Shown: positions 10,264 to 18,668 of the stretch, piece by piece
Position numbering within the stretch: position 1 is the stretch's first letter
Layout of the letters: the number at the start of each line of letters is the position of its first letter
IMG/VR virus record: IMGVR_UViG_3300020434_000055
From: a virus
Taxonomy: Duplodnaviria > Caudoviricetes
Strand: one strand, 5' to 3'
DNA: 64,000 nt
Made by a program: the position numbers and the translations under genes
The notes under the pieces: generated by a model
The model's database searches: none
Told to the model about the DNA's origin: nothing
What the model saw: the letters and a program-made list of their open reading frames with translations, nothing else

Positions 10264-10945
10264 ATTCTTTTTAGGAATTACAGCTTTATTTGTAGCATTC
10301 ATAGTATGGATGTGGTTTGCTAAAGTAGATATTACTACTCAAGCAGTAGGATATGTTGTACCTGAAAGTAATTTTACTTCCATAGACACAATGGTTAATG
10401 GACAAGTTATTGAAGTAAAAGTTAAACAAGGTGATTCAGTTAAAAAAGGAGATGTAATTCTTATTATTAATCCAGGTGTAGGTTATGAACCTTATAATGT
10501 AATTGCTAATATAGATGGACGAATACAAACTTTAAATTATAAAAATCCTGGAGCAGTTGTTAATAAAGGTGAAACCATAGTGTTACTAGTCCCTGTAAAT
10601 CAAAAGTTAATTGTAACAGGTAAACTATTTGTTAAAGATAGAGGCTATGTTGAAGTAGGACAATCAGCAAAAATTAAACTTGCTAATCAAGATCAATTAA
10701 AATTTGGACCTATTGATGCAACAATAATATCTATATCGCCAGATGCAGTACAATCACAACAAGGAACTTGGTATGAAATAGAATTAGAACTTGAGCAACA
10801 AAAATTTACTTCAGGTAGTATTGATTATACATTAGTGCCGGGTATACAAGTACAAATCTTTATATTAACTGGTGAAAGAACAATATTAAGTTATGTTACT
10901 ACACCATTCCATAATAGTATAGGACAAGCCTTACAAGAAAGATAA
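10220..10945 (+). CDS. HlyD-family membrane-fusion protein lacking the alpha-helical hairpin
   Basis: TM anchor, GQVIEVKVKQGDSVKKGDVI, IDGRI..PGAVVNKGE, VEVGQ, ISISPDA, LVPG, TGERTILSY; GTG start with AAGGAG at 10201. Confidence 0.85.
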   Translation: MIEQSQKSSVSSSSKFFLGITALFVAFIVWMWFAKVDITTQAVGYVVPESNFTSIDTMVNGQVIEVKVKQGDSVKKGDVILIINPGVGYEPYNVIANIDGRIQTLNYKNPGAVVNKGETIVLLVPVNQKLIVTGKLFVKDRGYVEVGQSAKIKLANQDQLKFGPIDATIISISPDAVQSQQGTWYEIELELEQQKFTSGSIDYTLVPGIQVQIFILTGERTILSYVTTPFHNSIGQALQER

Positions 10946-10946
10946 T

Positions 10947-13142
10947 TTAATCTGTTTGAATAATAGTTATTTCTGGTTTAGTAGTATCTGTACCAATTGT
11001 TATATTTTGAGTTTCTGAATCTTGAACTATTTGAATATCTGCAGATTTATCCGTTTCAGTTTTTATATATGCAGTATGACCACCATGCGTTCTGTTTACA
11101 ACTGAATAATTTCCACTTGTAGTAGCAGTAGCATCATCTTCATTGCCACCTGTTGTAAATCTTCCTGTTGCTGTTGTACTTTCACCATCTGTTGTTGTAG
11201 TTTGAGTAAGTTCACCTGTTGTATAATTAATAATTTCACCACTAGTTGTTACTGTTGTTTCTGATCCACTATTGTCAACCCATTCTGTACCACAAGACTG
11301 AGCCGCATTATTCCAATAGTAACCCCAGTTAACACAATCTTCTTCATTATCAATTTCTGCTAACCATAATTCTAATTCTAAATCTTGATCATAATCATCT
11401 TCGTAACCATACTCTTCTTCTAATGATACTGAATCATCATCTTCTTCATACTCGCCATAGTAATACCAGGCATAAGTCCAATCATAAAATGTTTGCCAAT
11501 CGTTCCAAGTCCAATCAGCAATATACTTGTCTTTTAAACTTGGCATATCCCACGGAGCAGGTTGACCTTCACACATTTCCCATTTATAACTGCTTACCCA
11601 ACACCATCCATACCATTTGTTGAAAAGTTGTTTAGATTCTGATGTCCATGAAGTATAATTTTTAAACAACTTCCAGTCATCTGTATACCAGTCATTTAAG
11701 TAATCTATATATTCTTGATTACACCAATCACTACCATAGCCATTGTAATTACAATAATTTTCTATTGTTAAAGTTGGCGGACCTCCATTTGCTATGTAAT
11801 CTGCGTTAGCATAATATTCATCATTTAAAGCAAAATCTTCCCAAGTGTATCCTTCAACTGTAGACGTTGCTTCTTCTTCAACTTCTTCAGATTTATCTTC
11901 TACTTGATTATCATAAGCCGTTAAACCATAATCTTCTAATAGGTCGTTATATTCTTCCATATATTCGTCCCAATTAACTTCATCCCAATTAATAGAATCC
12001 CAATTAATTGTGTCCCACGTACAATCTGAACAACCTATTGCGTCAAAGTATGCTTGGTCCATTTCTGCATACATCTGTTTAGCATCATCCCAATCCATTG
12101 TTTGTTCGCCTTCAGCGTCCCATACTGATATTTGATTGTCATCATCTATATAACCCCAATCTTTTAAATCGTCTTCCCATTCATCATAGTAAGATGTGTC
12201 TATGTCTGATTCTACTACTTCGTCTACTACTATATCTTGAGTAGAACTTGTATCTATTTCACTTGATTGTGTTGTAAAATCTTCAACTACCGCCGTAGTG
12301 TCTGATGTTAGTGTATCTGATTCAATTGTTAATTCCTCTGATACAATTTGTTCTTCTATTTCATTAGCTTCTTTGGCATCCATTTCTATTTCTAAAGTTT
12401 CTTGTTCTAACAACTCATTAGATTCAAACATTTCTTTTTCATTTTCTAAAAATTCGTTATTATCTTTTCTATCAAATTGAAGGTCGTTTTTATCTTCAAT
12501 GTCGTCTTCTACACTATCTAAATCAAATAAATTCTTTTTCTGAAGATTATCTAATGGGGATGGTGCCCTAGGTACTAGGTTATCACTAAGAACTGTTACT
12601 GATGTATATACTTGAGTTATTGTTTGAGAGCCTGCATCATTAGAAACTGTAACTGCTCCTACTTGTCCAGAAGAATCAGGAAGTAATGTAATTGTAGTAA
12701 CACCGCTTGTTGATACTGATCCTGAAAATGCTGTACCTTGTACTGTAATTGATGCTGTTGGCGTTACAATTTCAACGTCTCCTCCTAACTTAGAAACTTC
12801 GCCAGACTCATAGGTAAACGTTCCTACGTTAACCGATACGTTCATTGAAATTTCTATTGGTACAACTGTTGTATCAAAAGCAAATTCATCAATTAAAAAT
12901 TCTGTATTGGGTGCAAGAGTAACTTTTGTATTATCTACGAACACAATGTTCATAGCACCATCTTCTCCAGTTTGGAGAAAGTCATGCATTTCTAAAAGAT
13001 ATCCTGAAACAACCTTATAAGTTTTTCCTGAACGTTCATTAAACGTAGAACCCATTTTATCTTTAACTTCACCTACAGTTATAGCTAAAGCATTTGTAAC
13101 AAATAGTATTAAAAATGATACCACAAAGAAGAACTTCTTCAT
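10947..13142 (-). CDS. Secreted FecR-domain protein with acidic Trp/Tyr/Cys-rich C-terminal region
   Basis: Signal peptide MKKFFFVV..NALA (ATG 13142; ORF track starts at 13151); FecR domain paralogous to 3814 gene. Confidence 0.8.
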   Translation of the reverse strand: MKKFFFVVSFLILFVTNALAITVGEVKDKMGSTFNERSGKTYKVVSGYLLEMHDFLQTGEDGAMNIVFVDNTKVTLAPNTEFLIDEFAFDTTVVPIEISMNVSVNVGTFTYESGEVSKLGGDVEIVTPTASITVQGTAFSGSVSTSGVTTITLLPDSSGQVGAVTVSNDAGSQTITQVYTSVTVLSDNLVPRAPSPLDNLQKKNLFDLDSVEDDIEDKNDLQFDRKDNNEFLENEKEMFESNELLEQETLEIEMDAKEANEIEEQIVSEELTIESDTLTSDTTAVVEDFTTQSSEIDTSSTQDIVVDEVVESDIDTSYYDEWEDDLKDWGYIDDDNQISVWDAEGEQTMDWDDAKQMYAEMDQAYFDAIGCSDCTWDTINWDSINWDEVNWDEYMEEYNDLLEDYGLTAYDNQVEDKSEEVEEEATSTVEGYTWEDFALNDEYYANADYIANGGPPTLTIENYCNYNGYGSDWCNQEYIDYLNDWYTDDWKLFKNYTSWTSESKQLFNKWYGWCWVSSYKWEMCEGQPAPWDMPSLKDKYIADWTWNDWQTFYDWTYAWYYYGEYEEDDDSVSLEEEYGYEDDYDQDLELELWLAEIDNEEDCVNWGYYWNNAAQSCGTEWVDNSGSETTVTTSGEIINYTTGELTQTTTTDGESTTATGRFTTGGNEDDATATTSGNYSVVNRTHGGHTAYIKTETDKSADIQIVQDSETQNITIGTDTTKPEITIIQTD

Positions 13143-13144
13143 GA

Positions 13145-14236
13145 TTAACACCCGTTGGATACGTTTTGAGTAAGATTGCCGGATTGATTATTTCTATTGT
13201 ACGAATATGTACAAGTATCTGAACCGTCTTGTGTAAAGTTTAATGTATAATCGTAAATTGAATCACCTGATACAGTAACGTGAGCTGTATTACTTCCACC
13301 TGTTTGAGCAAAGTTTATATTTGAATCATCTGTATAGATATAAATTCTAGCAGTATTATTTCCACCTGCCATATGTAGTCCTAATGTATTATCATCTCCA
13401 GATATGTACGTTCTCAAATAATTGCCGTCACCCAATATCGTCATAGTATCTCCATAAGGATCAGTATCAACACTAGTGTAACTAGAGTGAATATCTAAAA
13501 TATTTGAACTACCTATAATATCGTGAAGTTGATAATTGCCCGTACCATACGATGAAGTGTGTAATCTATTTGAATTACCAACTATATAAACATCAATTGA
13601 TGCACCTTCACTTCCTGATGAATCTGCAAACTGACTATGCGAAGCAGTTTGTGGACCAATTGCCTTATTAGCATTTGTATTAAATCCTTCTGAATCAGCA
13701 GTGCTATAAAACTGTACATCATTTGAATCTCCCGCCATACGAACATATAAGAAATGATCATCACCTCTACTACGAACCCAAAAAGTATTTGAATCTCCAT
13801 AGATATCTAAATCAACGTTAAGATTGTCCATATCATCGGCGCCCCAGGCGTCAAAATCTACAATGTTTAAATCACCTGTAATATCTATGTCATAATAATG
13901 ACCAGAAGAATTCGTATCATCTATATCAGGTCTCAATTTATTACCATCACCAGTTGCTGTATAATCAAAGGTCATATTAGTACCTTTAAAAGATAAGTGA
14001 TACGAATTATCAGTTACATTTGAATCACCTATTTGTTTAATAATAACAGTTAAATTGTTTCCATCAATTTTAAAAGGAGCACTAGCACTCATTCCAAACG
14101 TGTTGTTTGAACCGTCTTGTTTTATGTAAATGTCTTGACCTGTTTGGCCAATTTGTGTTATATAGACTTGATTACTTGCATAACAATTAATCGTCGTTGC
14201 TAGTAACAATATCAGACTCAATAATAATGCTTTCAT
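13145..14236 (-). CDS. Curlin-like repeat (beta-solenoid) protein
   Basis: Signal peptide MKALLL (ATG 14236, GGAGG SD at 14243-14247); many hxhxhxGxxN / QxGxxN repeats; directly after csgG. Confidence 0.7.
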   Translation of the reverse strand: MKALLLSLILLLATTINCYASNQVYITQIGQTGQDIYIKQDGSNNTFGMSASAPFKIDGNNLTVIIKQIGDSNVTDNSYHLSFKGTNMTFDYTATGDGNKLRPDIDDTNSSGHYYDIDITGDLNIVDFDAWGADDMDNLNVDLDIYGDSNTFWVRSRGDDHFLYVRMAGDSNDVQFYSTADSEGFNTNANKAIGPQTASHSQFADSSGSEGASIDVYIVGNSNRLHTSSYGTGNYQLHDIIGSSNILDIHSSYTSVDTDPYGDTMTILGDGNYLRTYISGDDNTLGLHMAGGNNTARIYIYTDDSNINFAQTGGSNTAHVTVSGDSIYDYTLNFTQDGSDTCTYSYNRNNQSGNLTQNVSNGC

Positions 14237-15467
14237 CTGCAACCTCCAATGCGGCTTTAGTGTCATTCATTTCTGCTTGTAATTTTACTTTACGATCTTC
14301 TTTCATCTCGAGCTTTAATTGTTTCGCAACTAATATTTTTAAGTGTTCTTGATATTCTGCCCAAGTTTTAAATTCTGTACCGTTAGCTTTATTGTACCAA
14401 GCTAATTCATTTTTTTGAACTTTCTTTAAATGTTTTTTAGCCAACAATGCGGCTTTCTTAGCTTCTTTCTCTGCCAACAATGCTTCTTTTTTAGCTAACT
14501 TCTCTGCTTTAATTAATTCTTTTTTAGCTTTCTTCTCTTCTAATAATGCAAGTTTTTTAGCTTTCTTCTCTGCTAGGTATTCTTCCCTTGTTTTAACTTT
14601 TATTATTGTTTGTTCAACATCTAATGATACCTTTTCTTCAGTTACTACTTCTGCATCTGATTCTTCAATAACTTCTGGTAGTACTGGTTCAGGTGGTAGT
14701 TTAATTTTCCATAGTTCTTTTTTAGCACCTACTTGTATAATTTCTGCAACGCCGGCTTCAATTGCTTTTCTTACAGCAAAAGTTACTGGTTCGTTTCTTG
14801 CCACTCCTGCTTCTGATTCTAATAACATTGTATCAGCATCAAAGTATTTGAATATATCTGCACCTTTTCCTGTTGAGAATATTGTTTTTTCGATTGTTGT
14901 TGATATAACAACCTCACCTGTTTGCACATTTACTAATCTTAAAATAATAGTAACTACATCCTGTCTGTATTGTGTATTGGCTTGTACGCCTAAAATTCTT
15001 GCACCTATTCCACCTGATTTAGTATCTGAATCGTAACCTACTATACCACCTGTAATATAAGCACCAGCAAATAGTAATGCTGGTAATGGTTCAGCATTAT
15101 CTCCATCTGCCATTTGTCTTGTTGATCTAATAAGTTTTCTTTCTTGTAATAGACTTGGTAGACTTGCTCTTTCAACAACTCTAAACCATTTGCCGTCTCC
15201 AACATCTTGTAATGCTTTAATTAAAATTTGATATGAACCTTGAGTTACTGCTGTACTCATTGATGCAAAATTGCCACCTGGCTTCTTTTGTCCAGTCATA
15301 TCTAAGAAGTCATACACAGCAATTATAACAGGGTCTCCATCTAATTCAGGAACCTCTATATATGTTTTTGCAGTTGGTACTTGAGTTCTAAAATCAAAAT
15401 CTGGTTTTCCGGCGCAACTAGCTAAAAACAATGTTGCTAAAAATATGATTGCTAATTTTTTAAACAT
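14187..15467 (-). CDS. csgG: CsgG curli secretion channel lipoprotein with Lys/Ala-rich C-terminal extension
   Basis: Lipobox LASC; VYDFLDMTGQKK, STAVTQG, WFRVVER..L..LLQERKLIR, GGIVGYD, QYRQDVVT..LRLVNVQTGEV. Confidence 0.9.
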   Translation of the reverse strand: MFKKLAIIFLATLFLASCAGKPDFDFRTQVPTAKTYIEVPELDGDPVIIAVYDFLDMTGQKKPGGNFASMSTAVTQGSYQILIKALQDVGDGKWFRVVERASLPSLLQERKLIRSTRQMADGDNAEPLPALLFAGAYITGGIVGYDSDTKSGGIGARILGVQANTQYRQDVVTIILRLVNVQTGEVVISTTIEKTIFSTGKGADIFKYFDADTMLLESEAGVARNEPVTFAVRKAIEAGVAEIIQVGAKKELWKIKLPPEPVLPEVIEESDAEVVTEEKVSLDVEQTIIKVKTREEYLAEKKAKKLALLEEKKAKKELIKAEKLAKKEALLAEKEAKKAALLAKKHLKKVQKNELAWYNKANGTEFKTWAEYQEHLKILVAKQLKLEMKEDRKVKLQAEMNDTKAALEVADESIIIESDIVTSNDD

Positions 15468-15472
15468 TATTA

Positions 15473-15922
15473 TTAGTCTTCCTTCGGCATTGTAAATGTT
15501 GTTACAGTTCCATCAGTTTCAGTCACAGTAACAACTACGTTACCTGTGTTAGGTGTAGTCCAAGTTACAATTTCTCCACCAACTGGTGATGTAAATGTTC
15601 CTGAATCTTGTTGTAAGCCGTCAGCACCAAATACGTTTGTTGTAATTTGTTTTGCCAATGCTGTATAAAATCTTGATTCTAAATTTGCTTTGAATTTTGC
15701 AATCGCAGTATTCTTTGCATCTTGCTCTGCTTTGTCAGCCGCGGCTTTTTCAGCGGCTTTTATAGCATCTTTTCTTGTTTTTTCTATGTTTTCAATAGTC
15801 AAATAGTGTGAACTTTTGCCCTCTCCACTAAAAGATGGGCTATGAAACTTAAAACCTATTTCACTGGCGTTTACACCAGTCATTATAAAGCAAAATAGTA
15901 ATATAGCTGTTAGAATCTTCAT
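15473..15922 (-). CDS. csgF: CsgF curli assembly component
   Basis: Signal peptide then SEIGFKFHSPSFSG; adjacent to csgG; ATG 15922 with GAGGAG SD (ORF track start 15934). Confidence 0.75.
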   Translation of the reverse strand: MKILTAILLFCFIMTGVNASEIGFKFHSPSFSGEGKSSHYLTIENIEKTRKDAIKAAEKAAADKAEQDAKNTAIAKFKANLESRFYTALAKQITTNVFGADGLQQDSGTFTSPVGGEIVTWTTPNTGNVVVTVTETDGTVTTFTMPKED

Positions 15923-15959
15923 TGTACTCCTCAAATTTGTCTAATTCTATTAATGTTAA

Positions 15960-16011
15960 TATTTATGCACAACCAATCAGATAAACTAGTCGGTTAAAGT
16001 TTACTTAAATA
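15960..16011. promoter_or_regulatory. Divergent late-type promoters between csgF and the cyclase
   Basis: Minus-strand ATAAATA (tatttat 15960-15966) and plus-strand TAAATA 16006-16011. Confidence 0.55.
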
Positions 16012-16021
16012 TTATACTATT

Positions 16022-17665
16022 ATGTCAAAACTTTTAACAAGCAAATGGGCAGTTTGTATCACTTTATTGATTCTTTTACTCATTAAGTGGGCAGACCCAA
16101 CCCCTATTCAATCAGCAAAACTTACGACCTTTGATTCTTATCAAAAATTTGGACAACACCTTGACTCAAAGAGCTTAATTCTGTTAGATATATCCGATGG
16201 ATCCTTAACAAAAGGAGGTCAATGGCCTTGGAAACGAGATAACATAGGTCGAGTAATAGTTAATGCATATCGCAATGGCGCCGCCTTGGTAGTACTTCAA
16301 GTCGTATTTGCACATAAAGATAGGCTAGGTGGAGATGAAATGTTTCTTAAAATGATTTCAAGATATCCAATTATCCTTACTGAAACTAATGATGTTAAAA
16401 ACTTGCTCAGCATTGAACGAAAAGCACTTGCAATAGGTAACGTAGATGTACCTGTTGATATAGATGGCACAATAAGAAAACTTCCACTTGAAAATTCTAT
16501 TCCAGAAGTAGTACTAAAAGTAATCAAGTTTCCTACTAAAGCAAAAAATGACATATGGATAGACTTCCGTCATCATATTCCAAGAATAGATGCTACTGAT
16601 AAAGACTGGTCAGCAATGAAAGGCAAAATAGTTTTTATTGGAACTACATTTAAAGGTTCAACATTTGTTACTACTCCTAATGGCTTAAAAAATACACACG
16701 AGATAATGGCTATTAGTACTGAAACATTATTGTCAGGCAAATTTATTAGTAGACCAGATTGGCTAGAAAAAATGGAATGGGCATTTGTTATTATAGGAAG
16801 TATACTATTTCTAATTTTAATTCCAAGACTAGGTGTCCTATGGAGTTTTGTACCTATTATAGTTTATCTAAGTATTGTCCTTGGAGCAAGTGCTTACCTA
16901 TGGACAACAAATCTATATCTTACAGAATGGTTAACACCTGTTGTAATTGTTACCTTTGTTTGGGGACATTTAATATACAATAATTTTGCACGTGAGAACA
17001 GATTAAAATTACAAATCAAAAGACAGTTTGAACACTACCTTGCACCCGACATGGTTAAGAAGTTACAAAAAGATCCTTCACTATTAAAACTGGGTGGCGA
17101 AACAAAAACAATGACATTTATGTTTTCAGACATACGAGGCTTTACTCCTATATCAGAAAAATTTAAAAGCAATCCTGCAGGACTTACAAAACTTATTAAC
17201 AGATTCTTAACACGTATGACAAATGTTGTAATTGCTAATAATGGAACTATAGACAAATTCATGGGCGATTGTATTATGGCATTTTGGAATGCACCAATTG
17301 ACGTTAGAGATCATCAAGGTTGTGCTATTAGAACTGCTTTATTAATGACCGTTGAATTAACTGCATTAAACAAAGAACTAAAAGCAGAAGGACTACCTAC
17401 CATTAACATAGGCATAGGAATTAACACAGGTAAAGCACTTGTAGGAAATATGGGTTCTGATCAACGGTTTGACTACTCTGTAATAGGAGACCCTGTTAAT
17501 CTTGCATCACGTTTAGAAAGTTCTAGCAAAACTTTAGGTGAAACTATAATAATTTCAGAAAATACTATACAAGGCAGAGAGCATTTATACCCTTTTAAAT
17601 TCATAGATAGCATTACTGTTAAAGGTAAAACCGAAAAAATCAAGGTTTATACAATAACAACTTAA
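16022..17665 (+). CDS. CHASE2-domain class III adenylate/guanylate cyclase
   Basis: N-terminal TM, CHASE2 (QWPWKR, VDIDGTIRKLPL), 3 TMs, FSDIRGFT, IDKFMGDCIMAFWNAP, GIGINTG..VGNMGS..RFDYSVIGDPVNLASRLE. Confidence 0.95.
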   Translation: MSKLLTSKWAVCITLLILLLIKWADPTPIQSAKLTTFDSYQKFGQHLDSKSLILLDISDGSLTKGGQWPWKRDNIGRVIVNAYRNGAALVVLQVVFAHKDRLGGDEMFLKMISRYPIILTETNDVKNLLSIERKALAIGNVDVPVDIDGTIRKLPLENSIPEVVLKVIKFPTKAKNDIWIDFRHHIPRIDATDKDWSAMKGKIVFIGTTFKGSTFVTTPNGLKNTHEIMAISTETLLSGKFISRPDWLEKMEWAFVIIGSILFLILIPRLGVLWSFVPIIVYLSIVLGASAYLWTTNLYLTEWLTPVVIVTFVWGHLIYNNFARENRLKLQIKRQFEHYLAPDMVKKLQKDPSLLKLGGETKTMTFMFSDIRGFTPISEKFKSNPAGLTKLINRFLTRMTNVVIANNGTIDKFMGDCIMAFWNAPIDVRDHQGCAIRTALLMTVELTALNKELKAEGLPTINIGIGINTGKALVGNMGSDQRFDYSVIGDPVNLASRLESSSKTLGETIIISENTIQGREHLYPFKFIDSITVKGKTEKIKVYTITT

Positions 17666-17693
17666 CCCTGTTTTTTAGATATAAATAGTTTTA

Positions 17694-17861
17694 ATGGAAC
17701 CAACAGAAGCAATAACGATATTATCTAAGCTATGGCCTATCTTTGTGGCCTTCATAATGTTAATTGTGGTTCTCGCTCAATCGCATTATCGAATCAAGGT
17801 GCTAGAGGAGAAGGTTAAAGTTGCGTTCGAATTAATTAATAAGCTCACTAACAAGAAATAA
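17694..17861 (+). CDS. Small membrane protein (55 aa; not in ORF track)
   Basis: MEPTEAITILSKLWPIFVAFIMLIVVLAQSHYRIKVLEEKV..; TATAAATA at 17680-17687. Confidence 0.65.
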   Translation: MEPTEAITILSKLWPIFVAFIMLIVVLAQSHYRIKVLEEKVKVAFELINKLTNKK

Positions 17862-17936
17862 ACTCACTTAACTTTTATAGCCATTTAACTTTGCGGTAAA
17901 TGACCGTAAATAAATTAGTGAACGAAGGAAAATAAT

Positions 17937-18242
17937 ATGGAAAAATTCTTTATGGTAATTGTGTTTTGCATAGGTGCAGAATGCCAAGGTATTTGGCAAG
18001 AGTCTACTTATAACAGTATGGCTAATTGTATTAATGCATCACCTATGGTTAAAGAATATTTTATGGCTACATTTCCAGAATCCCGTGGAGAAATCTACTG
18101 TATGGACGGTATTCAATTTACCGAGTGGAGAAAATGGGTAGAAGATGGTAATAGCCCAGAAATTATTATACCATTGGAAGATCCTGATTCACCTAGAAGT
18201 TTTATCCCTAAGAGTAAAAACGTACCTCAAGGGTTAAACTAA
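17937..18242 (+). CDS. Hypothetical secreted Cys-containing protein
   Basis: Hydrophobic N-terminus, 4 Cys, AAGGA SD. Confidence 0.6.
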   Translation: MEKFFMVIVFCIGAECQGIWQESTYNSMANCINASPMVKEYFMATFPESRGEIYCMDGIQFTEWRKWVEDGNSPEIIIPLEDPDSPRSFIPKSKNVPQGLN

Positions 18243-18313
18243 TGGACTTTTCTAATAAAACCTGGCTACAATTATTCATAGTAGTAGTGCTAATAGCACT
18301 ACTCTTAGGGTAG
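18242..18313 (+). CDS. Possible 23-aa membrane peptide
   Basis: TAATG stop/start overlap; MDFSNKTWLQLFIVVVLIALLLG. Confidence 0.35.
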   Translation: MDFSNKTWLQLFIVVVLIALLLG

Positions 18314-18407
18314 ACCTCTCAATAATACAATTAAAGTACTCTTGATCCGGTGGCATATTTGCCATTAGAGCGGTAAATACTGCTATTAGGGTCAAACGGA
18401 CAGGAAA

Positions 18408-18668
18408 ATGAAAAAGACGACAAGGTCGATTTTAGATGATTTGCATAGTATTCATAGAGTAAAGGATACTGAAGCATTTCTAGAAACTACAGGTAGCAAC
18501 ATTATAGAAAGTGCTGTTAACCTATTAAACGTTATCAACAATAACTATCCTCCTGATCAGGCCCAAGAACTAGAACGAAGATTCATTAATTCTATTAAAA
18601 ATGGTGAATCAAAAAAATTTAAAGTGGGTATTAAAAAGATTATTGAGGGTAAGCAGGATGAATCTTAA
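18408..18668 (+). CDS. Hypothetical phage protein
   Basis: 86-aa ORF, CAGGA SD, TAAATA at 18374-18379. Confidence 0.7.
   Translation: MKKTTRSILDDLHSIHRVKDTEAFLETTGSNIIESAVNLLNVINNNYPPDQAQELERRFINSIKNGESKKFKVGIKKIIEGKQDES

Noticed and set aside
3814-17665. Host-chromosome contamination as origin of the secretion module
   Set aside because: Provisionally rejected: same AT-rich style, phage-type TAAATA boxes inside the block and seamless flanking phage genes; read coverage would settle it.
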